DNA of 32,000 nucleotides from Acinetobacter wanghuae (GCF_009557235.1 NZ_CP045650.1:840001-872000); one strand, 5' to 3'. Shown: positions 1-9,205, counted from the first letter of the stretch. Notes: a model not told the origin generated them from the letters alone. Numbers and translations: made by a program.

Positions 1-31
1 CGGTATTAAGATGGAAATGAACCTCAGAAAT

Positions 32-475
32 TTATTTGCGTACAACCAATACTGGAATATCCGTTTCGCCTAAAATACTTTGTGCGACACTGCCTAAAAA
101 GAATTTTTTCAATCCTGTTCGTCCATGTGAACCTATCACAATAAGGTCTGCATTTAGGTTTTTAGCAGCTTTAATAATCTCAGTGTAAATGACTTGACCT
201 TCTAATAACTGTGTATCCACGTGTACACCTTGAGCTGAAAGTCGATCCGTTGCTTCTGCGAGTGTCTTTAGAATTGAGCTACGTGCACGCTCAATCAACT
301 GATTGGTTTGTGCCGCAGTAATATATTCCGCTGCAATATAAGGGTCTAGAGTCAGGACTTGTACCAAGGTAATTTTGCTATTAAATGCCTTTGCAAACTC
401 AGCAGCTTTATCAAAGGCTGCATATGCTGTTTCTGAACCATCAATCGGTACTAAAATATGTTGAAAAGCCATCAT
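32..475 (-). CDS. Universal stress protein, UspA family (147 aa)
   Basis: Complete ORF. It carries the UspA ATP-binding motif G-x2-G-x9-G-S (GSHGRTGLKKFFLGSV). The SD AAGGAG is read on the minus strand at about 481-486. Two adjacent ATG codons (475 and 472) could each be the start. Confidence 0.85.
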   Translation of the reverse strand: MMAFQHILVPIDGSETAYAAFDKAAEFAKAFNSKITLVQVLTLDPYIAAEYITAAQTNQLIERARSSILKTLAEATDRLSAQGVHVDTQLLEGQVIYTEIIKAAKNLNADLIVIGSHGRTGLKKFFLGSVAQSILGETDIPVLVVRK

Positions 476-736
476 TTTTCTCCTTATAAACGCTCAGTTT
501 TTGACTGTATTTATGTTCTCTAGATGATCATAGCGCGCTTTGCAGTAGAATAAAACCAAGTAAATCCCTATGAATTGTATGTATTTTAAGTTTTCGTTTT
601 TTCAATATTTTATGGTGATTTTACTATTGCAAATAGTGCATGCCAAAATAAAAGAGCGGATATAAAAGGGGATGTGCTTTTTTTATTCTTTTACCGTTAA
701 AAGTTAGGGGGGGATAAAATACTCGATTGAAGCATA

Positions 737-1132
737 TTATTCACATTGAATTTGTGACGGATCGAGTCGAATTTGAGGTGCAAGCCGTTCAAAGTTTTCA
801 ATAATCATCGGGGTTTCTTCATCATATAAGCGCTGTTGAAGTTGCATGATCTTCTTTTGTGACACATGTTGTTGTGCACAATATAAGGCAATTTGATTTT
901 GCTGACTCACTGCTAATCGTTTTGCTGCATCGTACTCACTAAAACGATAAAGCTGCTGTTGCGCTTTACTCAGCTGCACCAAGCTGCGCTTTTGTTGCAT
1001 GCTTAATAGCGTTTGCTGGTTGATCCATTGAGCCACATCACGCCGCACACCATTATAATTTACAAAGATAGGCGAAATGACTTGGCAAGCCGTTAAGCTG
1101 ATAATGCTACTGAGAAGTAATATATATTTCAT
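737..1132 (-). CDS. Putative lipoprotein of unknown function (131 aa)
   Basis: Complete ORF. The N-terminus MKYILLLSSIISLTAC has a hydrophobic core plus lipobox L-T-A-C. The product is Q-rich with no recognisable family. No clear SD. Confidence 0.6.
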   Translation of the reverse strand: MKYILLLSSIISLTACQVISPIFVNYNGVRRDVAQWINQQTLLSMQQKRSLVQLSKAQQQLYRFSEYDAAKRLAVSQQNQIALYCAQQHVSQKKIMQLQQRLYDEETPMIIENFERLAPQIRLDPSQIQCE

Positions 1133-1269
1133 TTTTTAAAGAGCATCCATTTTTTGCGTCATTTTGCGATTAAATATGTGAAAAACATTATAAAAATAAC
1201 ACTTTTGTATGAATTATAGCTCGCGCTATTGCATTTGCATAAAGACTGAACACTTAAGGATGAAAAGAC

Positions 1270-1298
1270 TTGACGGCATACCCTTAAATTACGATAAT
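1270..1298 (+). promoter_or_regulatory. Sigma70-type promoter for tRNA-Met
   Basis: TTGACG (1270-1275), a 17-nt spacer, then GATAAT (1293-1298). This is followed by a GC-rich discriminator GCGCAC, and the tRNA starts at 1314. Confidence 0.6.
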
Positions 1299-1313
1299 GC
1301 GCACACAGTTTAC

Positions 1314-1390
1314 GGCTATGTAGCTCAGTTGGTTAGAGCACCGCACTCATAATGCGGGGGTCACAAGTTCAAGTCTCGTCATAGCCACCA
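1314..1390 (+). tRNA. tRNA-Met (anticodon CAT), elongator type, CCA encoded
   Basis: 77 nt, GGCTATGTAGCTCAGTTGGTTAGAGCACCGCACTCATAATGCGGGGGTCACAAGTTCAAGTCTCGTCATAGCCACCA. The acceptor stem GGCTATG/CATAGCC, the D-arm, the anticodon loop CTCATAA and the T-arm all fold as a cloverleaf. It is very close to my recollection of E. coli elongator tRNA-Met and unlike tRNA-Ile2 or initiator tRNA. Confidence 0.93.
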
Positions 1391-1397
1391 TTTTAAA

Positions 1398-1428
1398 AGA
1401 CCAAGCTCTCAGCTTGGTCTCTTTTTTT
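1398..1428 (+). terminator. Rho-independent terminator of tRNA-Met
   Basis: Perfect 10-bp stem AGACCAAGCT/AGCTTGGTCT with a 3-nt loop, followed by C and T7. Confidence 0.8.
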
Positions 1429-1513
1429 GTCTGATGAAAAGTAAAACAATCCTTTCATTCAATTATTTTACAATTCCAATAATCTCTTTCTAAAGATAAT
1501 GCGATCTTCTAAA

Positions 1514-1550
1514 GCAAAAAAAAATCGCCTAGTTTTCACTAAGCGATTTT
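1514..1550 (-). terminator. Rho-independent terminator downstream of nadE
   Basis: Read on the minus strand: stem AAATCGCTTAG/CTAGGCGATTT (one G-U pair) followed by a U9 run (plus-strand A-run 1516-1524). It lies 23 nt after the nadE stop. Confidence 0.6.
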
Positions 1551-1572
1551 GATTCATCAATAAAAAGCAGAA

Positions 1573-3198
1573 TTAGATGCCCGCTTTCCATCCATTGACA
1601 ATTGGGTAGCGACGTTCACGACTAAAAGCACGTGAACTGATGCGTGGACCAATTGCGCCTTGACGACGTTTGTATTCATTCACATCAACTAAGCGAATCA
1701 CTTTCTGTACCACTTCGGCATCAAAACCTTTGGCAATGATGTCATCTTGGCTCATGTCTTCTTCGATATATGCATACAAAATAGCATCAAGTACATCATA
1801 AGCGGGTAGTGAATCTTGGTCCTTTTGATCTGGACGAAGTTCCGCAGAAGGTGGGCGTGTAATAACACGTTCAGGAATCACTGGGGTTTCTGAAATGCTA
1901 TTACGATATTTCGCGAGTTCAAACACAATCGTTTTATAAACATCTTTCAATACAGCGAAACCACCGACCATATCACCGTAAAGGGTGCAATAACCGACAG
2001 ACAGTTCAGACTTGTTGCCTGTTGAAAGTACAAGATTACCGAATTTATTTGAAAGTGCCATCAGCAAGGTGCCGCGTGAACGCGCTTGCAGGTTTTCTTC
2101 GGTGGCATCTGCAGGTGCATTGCCAAAGAATGGGAATAGCGTTTGCATAAAGCCGTTTACAATTGGATTGATTTCCGCAATACCAAAGGTGACACCCATA
2201 TTTTTCGCTTGTTCAGCTGCATCTTCAACACTGATTTGCGCGGTGTATTTGTAGGGCATCATGACTGCTTGTACTTTATCGCCACCAATGGCATCAGCAG
2301 CAATGGCTAAGGTGAGTGCAGAATCAATACCGCCAGATAGACCTAAAATGACACCAGGGAAACCTGAACGTTGTACATAATCACGTGTTGCAAGTACTAA
2401 GCTTTGATAGATTTCCGCCATAGTATCAAGCTGTGGCGTAATTAAACCTTTGCTAAATTCGTGTTGAGTAGCATCAAAGTCAGCAATGTATACACCTTCT
2501 TGGAAGCTTGGCGCTTGAAGTGCAATTTCACCCGATTTGTTCAGCACGAAACTTGTACCATCAAATACAAGATCATCTTGACCGCCGACTTGGTTGCAAT
2601 ACACCAAGTTAATATTCAACTCTTTTGCCAAAGCGGACATGGTTTCAATGCGATGCTGTGGTTTACCCACTTCATAAGGCGATGAATTCAGTACCAAAGC
2701 GGTATTGATATTCAGTTGTGCCAATTGTTGAACCGTTGGCAATGACCACACATCTTCACAAATCAGAACGCCAAATTTATGCCCAAGATAGTCAAATACT
2801 AAGTGTTGATGACCTTCGGTGAAATAACGTTTTTCATCAAAAACGCTATAGTTTGGCAGAATTTGTTTGTTATAAACACCGAGTACTTCGCCATCTTTCA
2901 TCACGGCTGCGGAGTTATAGCGTAAACCATCTTCAGTTTGATGAACAAAACCAAACACCATGACAATGTCTTTAACTTCAGACAATTGTTTAAATGCTTG
3001 TTCCGTGCGTTTGGTTACGCTCGGGCGTAGGACAAGATCTTCTGCAGGATAACCAATGGTTGAAAGTTCAGGGAAGATAATAATTTGCGCGTCATCTTTT
3101 TTAGCCTGATTGGCTTGTTCAATCATTTTTTGGGTATTTGCGTCAATATTGCCAACATGTGGAGAGAATTGTGCAAGGGCAATTTTAAAACTTTTCAT
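1573..3198 (-). CDS. nadE: Glutamine-dependent NAD+ synthetase (541 aa)
   Basis: The N-terminal CN-hydrolase/glutaminase domain has FPEL and LICEDVW (catalytic Cys). The C-terminal NAD synthetase domain has the PP-loop SGGIDS. Length is typical of the fused glutamine-dependent form. Confidence 0.93.
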   Translation of the reverse strand: MKSFKIALAQFSPHVGNIDANTQKMIEQANQAKKDDAQIIIFPELSTIGYPAEDLVLRPSVTKRTEQAFKQLSEVKDIVMVFGFVHQTEDGLRYNSAAVMKDGEVLGVYNKQILPNYSVFDEKRYFTEGHQHLVFDYLGHKFGVLICEDVWSLPTVQQLAQLNINTALVLNSSPYEVGKPQHRIETMSALAKELNINLVYCNQVGGQDDLVFDGTSFVLNKSGEIALQAPSFQEGVYIADFDATQHEFSKGLITPQLDTMAEIYQSLVLATRDYVQRSGFPGVILGLSGGIDSALTLAIAADAIGGDKVQAVMMPYKYTAQISVEDAAEQAKNMGVTFGIAEINPIVNGFMQTLFPFFGNAPADATEENLQARSRGTLLMALSNKFGNLVLSTGNKSELSVGYCTLYGDMVGGFAVLKDVYKTIVFELAKYRNSISETPVIPERVITRPPSAELRPDQKDQDSLPAYDVLDAILYAYIEEDMSQDDIIAKGFDAEVVQKVIRLVDVNEYKRRQGAIGPRISSRAFSRERRYPIVNGWKAGI

Positions 3199-3551
3199 TC
3201 CAACTAAATCCTATTCCTATAGGTAAACGCACTAAGGTGCTGAATTTTATAATTTTAAGTATTCAGCTGAGTACGTTTGCGACTTAAAATATGCCAAATG
3301 GCTAAAATTTAAAAAACATCATGCTTGTATGATATTTAAGTCTTCATTTATAAAGCGAGAAATATCAGACTGCGCTTATTTTATCGAAATTTGACTGAGA
3401 AGCCAGCAGTGTTTTGATTGATTTATATATCTACACTGAATTAATCATGAAAAACGTGTCTAAATGTACAGGATTAGTAGGTACTTGTTTATTCAATTGT
3501 TTAATGAACTTACATGATGATTGGTTAAAAATATGAAGATATACATTTTAG

Positions 3552-4052
3552 CTATGACTGATAGTCGGTTTTTAAGATGATATTTGGGATTTTCTTCAGG
3601 TAAATATCGCGCGCGATATCACCTTGCTGTTCAATGTTGTAATCCCAGAAGCTTTTATTTGCTTGCAGAGTATAACGATACGGATCATAACGTTTAAAGC
3701 TTAAAAAATAAGCACTTTGTAGTAGCGCACCTTTGAGTAAGACAGCAATACCTTGTTGATGCTGATAGATATGGGTCATTTCATGAATAAACAGCGCTCG
3801 ATAACTTTCCGATTCAAGTGAATAGTCACTTTTATAGAGCAAATTACGCACATGAATATAGCCTGTCGGTGCCATCAGCACATTTTTGGCTTGCCAAGGT
3901 AAAAATGGGTGATTCATGATGCGGACATTTTCATAATGAATTTGATTAGCAAAAACCCCTTGGCAAAGTTGAATTTCACCCTCGGTTAAGCTGCGACATT
4001 TAAACTGTTTAAAACGAATCAATTTGAGCAGCCAATAGAAAAATATATTCAT
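3552..4052 (-). CDS. Small HExxH metallopeptidase-like protein (166 aa), DUF4157-like
   Basis: Complete ORF. It carries the motif FIHEMTHIYQHQQG (HExxH followed by Q-rich residues), which resembles the DUF4157 consensus as I recall it. No signal peptide is evident. Function unknown. Confidence 0.6.
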   Translation of the reverse strand: MNIFFYWLLKLIRFKQFKCRSLTEGEIQLCQGVFANQIHYENVRIMNHPFLPWQAKNVLMAPTGYIHVRNLLYKSDYSLESESYRALFIHEMTHIYQHQQGIAVLLKGALLQSAYFLSFKRYDPYRYTLQANKSFWDYNIEQQGDIARDIYLKKIPNIILKTDYQS

Positions 4053-4343
4053 AACAATCCGCAGGGTTTAAAAGGCTCAATACAATTATAACCGTCAATA
4101 AACAATATTGAATCGAATCTCTTGATAAGGGCTCTGACCCCAATTGATAAAGCTGTGGTCTATGCGGCTAAATTTCACTGAATATTGTTAGACATGAACG
4201 ATCAAAGTTAATTTTTGCCAGTTTAAAGGTGATTTATGCAAATGGCTTGATGCTGATTATCGCTTAATTTCTCTTATCTCTCGGCTTTTAAGCCTAAATG
4301 ACAACAAAATTTTTCATATAAAGAAGATGAATAAGAGGTGATT

Positions 4344-5300
4344 ATGAGCATATTGCACCGTATAAAAACCAGTGTTGCAAAACGTTGGCCGATTTCTGAA
4401 TTCGATGCTACACAGCAATCACCGATTATTCCGATACGGCATATGAAATTTGATTTTGAAGCGGAAAAGATTGATCACCACTTTTTCTTAAATGCTGAAT
4501 TAGCCAGTGCTTATTTTGCTTCGCTCTCTATTTTTTTAACCTATGGCGAAGACTTAGTGATTGATACCGCGCGTTACCACCGTGATCTCTTGACCGATCC
4601 AGTATTGCAGCAGCGCGTCACCTCACTTATCGGTCAAGAAGCTTTACATTCTAAATTACACGAAGAGCTAAATGATGCTTTTCGTAATACAGATTTACCG
4701 GTAACACTGTTCAGGCATGCAGCAGAATTTGTCTTTGGTTATGGTTTTAATCGCTTACCGCAGCCAATGAAATTATCCCTCATGGCAGGAATTGAGCATT
4801 TTACCGCAGTCCTTGCCCAGTACATGATGAATCATGAAGAGATCTTCTTCGAATCGAGTGATGAAAAGCAACGTGCGATTTGGATGTGGCATATGCTTGA
4901 AGAATCAGAACATAAAGATATTGCTTACGATGTTTTTCAAAGCCTTTCCAATCAATATTTACTGCGGATTGCAGGCTTTTTCCCTGCACTTATTACGATT
5001 TTAGTGCTGATTTCTGCTGCATCACTTGTGGTGCCCTTTTATCGTAAACCCTCCAATTTGATTAGCATGCAATATTGGAAAGATGTACCACGTAGTTTCA
5101 AACTGATTTTTGGTTTGCAAGATGGTGTATACGGCAGTACATGGGCGCATATTTTTGATTATCTACGACCGAGCTTTCATCCCAATGATCACGATACGTC
5201 GGACTTTTTAAGCTATTACAAAGAACGTTTATTGCATCCTGAAACAGGTGTTTTGACGCCTTATTTTGTTAAGGAATTTACACCTCGGCTCAAAGTTTGA
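4344..5300 (+). CDS. Protein of the 'predicted metal-dependent hydrolase' family (COG3687/PF10118-like), with a di-iron-like ligand pattern (318 aa)
   Basis: The ORF track starts at GTG 4338, but ATG 4344 has a well-spaced SD (AAGAGG 4333-4338). It carries a duplicated E-(~30 aa)-ExxH pattern and a hydrophobic C-terminal segment. The family name is recalled, not searched. Confidence 0.75.
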   Translation: MSILHRIKTSVAKRWPISEFDATQQSPIIPIRHMKFDFEAEKIDHHFFLNAELASAYFASLSIFLTYGEDLVIDTARYHRDLLTDPVLQQRVTSLIGQEALHSKLHEELNDAFRNTDLPVTLFRHAAEFVFGYGFNRLPQPMKLSLMAGIEHFTAVLAQYMMNHEEIFFESSDEKQRAIWMWHMLEESEHKDIAYDVFQSLSNQYLLRIAGFFPALITILVLISAASLVVPFYRKPSNLISMQYWKDVPRSFKLIFGLQDGVYGSTWAHIFDYLRPSFHPNDHDTSDFLSYYKERLLHPETGVLTPYFVKEFTPRLKV

Positions 5301-5329
5301 TTGTTCAGTTAGGTAATAAGAGGTGAAAG

Positions 5330-6181
5330 ATGGGAATCTTGAAGAAAAAGAATCAACCGAGTCAACATGCATATGCAGTGGTCACGGGTGCGGGAAGTGG
5401 AATTGGACGAGAGTTTTGTATTGAATTAGCGAAACGTGGTGGTGCAATCGTGTGTGCTGATATTGATGTATCAACTGCACAAGCCACGGTTGATATGTTG
5501 AAAACACAATATCAATGTCATGCTTTTGCAGTCCAATGTGATGTAGGGGTGTCAGAACAGGTTGCTCAACTTGCAGAGCAGGCAGAACAGTTGCTTGGTC
5601 ATGCTGTAACTTTAGTCATTAATAATGCAGGCGTGGGATTGGGTGGTAAGTTTGATGAAACCAGCTTAGCCGATTGGCAATGGTGTATGCACGTCAATTT
5701 ATGGGGCGTGATTCATGGTTGCCATTACTTCGTCCCTAAACTCAAACAACAGGGGGGAGGTGCAATTATCAATATTGCTTCTGCGGCTGCTTACACGGCA
5801 GCACCTGAAATGAGTGCATACAATGTCACCAAGTCCAGTGTCTTGGCTTTATCTGAAACGCTTTCATCGGAGTTAAAGCGTAGCAATATTCGTATCAATG
5901 TGGTCTGTCCGACCTTAGTGCCGACCAATATTATGAAAAATGGGCGCTTACCTCAGCATTATTCTGCTTTAGCGGATGATTTGCTCAGCAATCATGCTTT
6001 TGTCAGTACTGAAGATGTCGTGAAAAAGGCGCTTCATCAGCTCGACCGTGGCAAGCTATATACCATTCCACAACCCGATGCCAAAATTTTCTGGTGGCTA
6101 AAGCGTGCTTCTCCAAGTATGTATGTCAAAGTGTTGGGAATGGGTTATCCCATTTTTATGAAATATGTACAGAAAAAATGA
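5330..6181 (+). CDS. Short-chain dehydrogenase/reductase (283 aa)
   Basis: Cofactor motif TGAGSGIG, NNAG, and catalytic YNVTK (YxxxK). The SD is AAGAGGTGA, upstream of the ATG. The stop overlaps the next gene's start (ATGA at 6178-6181). Confidence 0.9.
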   Translation: MGILKKKNQPSQHAYAVVTGAGSGIGREFCIELAKRGGAIVCADIDVSTAQATVDMLKTQYQCHAFAVQCDVGVSEQVAQLAEQAEQLLGHAVTLVINNAGVGLGGKFDETSLADWQWCMHVNLWGVIHGCHYFVPKLKQQGGGAIINIASAAAYTAAPEMSAYNVTKSSVLALSETLSSELKRSNIRINVVCPTLVPTNIMKNGRLPQHYSALADDLLSNHAFVSTEDVVKKALHQLDRGKLYTIPQPDAKIFWWLKRASPSMYVKVLGMGYPIFMKYVQKK

Positions 6182-7809
6182 GTAAGACAATGGAAGCACA
6201 AAAACAAAAAAATCGACAAGCAAATGCGAAGAATCTGGCAGATAAAAAGCAAGCTAACAACACAAATCAGCCTCAAACCAAAGCTCATGTAGAACCACTT
6301 CAAGCGCATCAAACTCAGCCGAAACAGGAGCCATCATCGCCTAAACAGAAGGCAACTAAATCTAAAATATATGACACGATTATTATTGGTGCGGGTATTT
6401 CTGGACTTGCTGCAGCACATAAAATGCTTGAAGCGGGTTTAGATGATTTTATCGTGTTAGAAAAAGCGCAATCTTTAGGAGGAACATGGCGGGATAATAC
6501 TTATCCAGGCTGTGGTTGTGATGTGCCATCTGCGTTGTATTCATTTTCTTTTGCGCCAAGCCAACAGTGGAACTATCTTTTTGCCCGTCAACCCGATATT
6601 TTAAAGTATCTCAATGATGTTGCAGACACCTTTCAGCTTAAAGAGAAAATAGCATTTGAACATAGCTTGTTAAATGCGCATTGGAATGAAAAAGAAAGTG
6701 TGTGGGAATTGCAAACGTCACAAGGGGACTACGTGGCTAAAACAGTCATTTTTGCCACAGGACCGATTACAGAACCACAAATTCCAAAGATTAAAGGTAT
6801 TGAAACTTTTAAAGGTGAAATGTTTCATTCAGCGCGATGGAACCATGATGCTCATTTAGCGGGCAAGCGGATTGCCGTGATTGGTACGGGTGCTTCAGCT
6901 ATTCAATTTATTCCGCAGATACAGCCATTGGCAAAACATTTATATGTGTTGCAACGCACAGCACCATGGGTCTTACCCAAACCCGATCTAGCGATTCGCA
7001 GCCAATATAAAGAGTTGCTAGAAAAATATCCAAGCATTCAAAAGGGTTGGCGTCATGCTGTTTCTCAATCTTTAAATCTGATTAATTTGGGATTACGTCA
7101 CCCTAAGGCACTTGAGCCTGTCAATTATTTAAGTCGGCAATTGTTAAAATTACAGGTTAAAGATCCAGTATTAAGATCGGCAGTGACAGCAAAATTCAGC
7201 ATCGGCTGTAAGCGCTTATTATTTTCTAATCATTATTATCCAGCGCTACAGCAACCGAATACAACGCTGATTGACCAAGGCTTGGTGGAAATTGACGGCG
7301 ATACTGTGGTGGCTGCCAATGGTGAGCGTCGAGAAGTCGATGTGATTATTTGGGGCACAGGTTTTGAAGTTTCACATCCACCCATTGGTCGACACGTCCA
7401 TAATGCACAGGGCATTAAACTTGTAGATGTCTGGAAAGATAGCTCGCCAGAGGCATTTTTGGGCACGAGTTTGGCGCATATGCCTAATGCTTTTTTAGTT
7501 TTGGGCCCTAATATTTTGTTATATGACTCATTTATTGGTATTGCTGAAGCGCAAGTTGACTATATTGTGAGTGGTTTGTTACAGATGAAACAGCAGCAAT
7601 TCAAGCGTTTTGAAATCAAGCCGGATGTGCTGCGCTATCATAATGTAAAAGTACAAGCCAATGTGAAGAACACGGTATTTAATACGGGTGGTTGTCAAAG
7701 TTATTATCTGGATCAAAATGGACGAAACTTTGCGGCATGGCCATGGTCATTGACAACATTAAAGCAGCGCTTAAAACAACTTGATTTAAAACATTATGAT
7801 GTTATTTAA
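6178..7809 (+). CDS. Flavin-binding (Baeyer-Villiger / AlmA-type) monooxygenase (543 aa)
   Basis: It has two dinucleotide motifs (IIIGAGISGLAAA and VIGTGASAIQ) and the BVMO fingerprint FxGxxxHxxxW (FKGEMFHSARW). I place the start at ATG 6178, coupled by ATGA overlap to the SDR stop. The ORF-track start at 6094 lies inside the SDR gene. Confidence 0.88.
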   Translation: MSKTMEAQKQKNRQANAKNLADKKQANNTNQPQTKAHVEPLQAHQTQPKQEPSSPKQKATKSKIYDTIIIGAGISGLAAAHKMLEAGLDDFIVLEKAQSLGGTWRDNTYPGCGCDVPSALYSFSFAPSQQWNYLFARQPDILKYLNDVADTFQLKEKIAFEHSLLNAHWNEKESVWELQTSQGDYVAKTVIFATGPITEPQIPKIKGIETFKGEMFHSARWNHDAHLAGKRIAVIGTGASAIQFIPQIQPLAKHLYVLQRTAPWVLPKPDLAIRSQYKELLEKYPSIQKGWRHAVSQSLNLINLGLRHPKALEPVNYLSRQLLKLQVKDPVLRSAVTAKFSIGCKRLLFSNHYYPALQQPNTTLIDQGLVEIDGDTVVAANGERREVDVIIWGTGFEVSHPPIGRHVHNAQGIKLVDVWKDSSPEAFLGTSLAHMPNAFLVLGPNILLYDSFIGIAEAQVDYIVSGLLQMKQQQFKRFEIKPDVLRYHNVKVQANVKNTVFNTGGCQSYYLDQNGRNFAAWPWSLTTLKQRLKQLDLKHYDVI

Positions 7810-7875
7810 ATAAGAATTGAATGAGCTGATGCGTGACTTGTGCTCTATCTAAATAATGATACTTTGCTGTAAAAA

Positions 7876-7905
7876 TAAAAAAACCGCCTAAAAGGCGGTT
7901 TTTTC
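7876..7905. terminator. Bidirectional rho-independent terminator between the convergent monooxygenase and gltA genes
   Basis: AAAAAAACCGCC-TAAAA-GGCGGTTTTTT: a 7-bp GC-rich stem flanked by an A-run and a T-run. Confidence 0.8.
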
Positions 7906-7927
7906 AAATCATTAAATTCTCAGAGAA

Positions 7928-9205
7928 TTAACGACCTTGGATGTCACGTTGAATTTCACCAGTGTAAAGTTGGCGTGGACGACCGATCTTGTAAGGACCG
8001 CTATGCATTTCTAACCAGTGGCTGATCCAACCAACAGTACGTGCAAGCGCGAAGATTACAGTGAACATTTCAGTCGGGATACCGATCGCTTTAAGGATGA
8101 TACCTGAGTAGAAATCTACGTTCGGGTAAAGGTTACGTTTAATGAAGTATTCATCAGACAACGCGATACGTTCAAGTTCCATAGCCAAAGCAAGTTGTGG
8201 ATCGTTGATGCCAAGCGCAGCAAGAACTTCATCACAAGTTTCTTTCATGACTTTCGCACGTGGATCGAAGTTTTTGTAAACTCGGTGACCGAAGCCCATA
8301 AGTTTAACTTCTTTGGTTTTTACTTTTTCCATGAAGCCAGCAACGTTTTCTACAGAGCCGATTTCATCAAGCATCTTAAGAACAGCTTCGTTCGCGCCAC
8401 CGTGCGCAGGTCCCCAAAGTGCAGAGATACCAGCAGCAATACATGCATACGGATTCGCGCCAGTAGAACCAGCTAAACGTACAGTCGATGTAGACGCATT
8501 TTGTTCGTGGTCAGCATGAAGTGTGAAGATGCGGTCCATTGCTTTAGCAAGGATTGGATCAACTTTGTAATCACGATCAGCAGGTGTTGCAAACATCATG
8601 TGAAGGAAGTTTTCAGCGTAGTTCAAGTCGTTACGTGGGTAAACAAACGGTTGACCGATTGTGTACTTGTAGCTCCAAGCCGCCAAAGTAGGAATCTTAG
8701 CGATTAAACGGATCGCTGTGATTTCACGGTGATCAACGTTTTCGATGTCTAAGTTGTTGTGGTAGAACGCAGATAACGCGCCAACAACACCAACCATGAT
8801 CGCCATAGGATGCGCATCACGACGGAAACCGTTGTAGAAACGACTTACTTGGTCGTGAACCATCGTGTGGTTACGTACTTTAGCGTCGAATTCTTCTTTT
8901 TGCTCAGCAGTTGGAAGCTCGCCATTAAGAAGTAGGTAGCAAGTTTCTAAGTAATCCGCTTTAGTTGCTAATTGGTCGATTGGGTAACCACGGTGTAAAA
9001 GTACACCTTTACCGCCATCGATGAACGTGATTTTAGACTCGCACGCAGCAGTCGCCATAAAACCAGGATCAAAAGTAAAGTGGCCTGCAGCCAACACATC
9101 TTTAACGTCGATTACATCTGGGCCCAATGTACCGCTGTAAATTGGTAGTTCAATTTCTTTGCCATCAAGTTGTAAAACGGCTTTTTTGCCAGTTGCTTCA
9201 GACAT
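7928..9205 (-). CDS. gltA: Citrate synthase, type II (425 aa)
   Basis: Full-length ORF with the citrate synthase signature [14 protein letters not shown] and catalytic His/Asp context. The SD AGGAG is read on the minus strand just upstream of the ATG. Confidence 0.97.
   Translation of the reverse strand: MSEATGKKAVLQLDGKEIELPIYSGTLGPDVIDVKDVLAAGHFTFDPGFMATAACESKITFIDGGKGVLLHRGYPIDQLATKADYLETCYLLLNGELPTAEQKEEFDAKVRNHTMVHDQVSRFYNGFRRDAHPMAIMVGVVGALSAFYHNNLDIENVDHREITAIRLIAKIPTLAAWSYKYTIGQPFVYPRNDLNYAENFLHMMFATPADRDYKVDPILAKAMDRIFTLHADHEQNASTSTVRLAGSTGANPYACIAAGISALWGPAHGGANEAVLKMLDEIGSVENVAGFMEKVKTKEVKLMGFGHRVYKNFDPRAKVMKETCDEVLAALGINDPQLALAMELERIALSDEYFIKRNLYPNVDFYSGIILKAIGIPTEMFTVIFALARTVGWISHWLEMHSGPYKIGRPRQLYTGEIQRDIQGR

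Noticed and set aside
1314-1572. The tRNA-Met gene as a possible genomic-island integration site.
   Set aside because: No integrase, no direct repeat of the tRNA 3' end, and no compositional shift downstream. The next gene is housekeeping nadE.
3447-3536. A 29-codon Cys-containing ORF (MKNVSKCTGLVGTCLFNCLMNLHDDWLKI) between nadE and the HExxH gene.
   Set aside because: It has no SD or recognisable promoter, and it lies just downstream of the 3' end of the convergent HExxH gene (stop at 3552). There is no supporting evidence.
6094-6177. ORF-track N-terminal extensions: 6094 (monooxygenase), 10575 (sdhD), 17214 (sucB), 18542 (lpdA, TTG), 22455 (porin), 25132 (flotillin, TTG), 26976 (cysD, GTG) and 4338 (hydrolase, GTG).
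   Set aside because: Each extension overlaps the preceding gene or lacks an SD. In each case an internal ATG/TTG has a well-spaced SD and an N-terminus colinear with known homologues.
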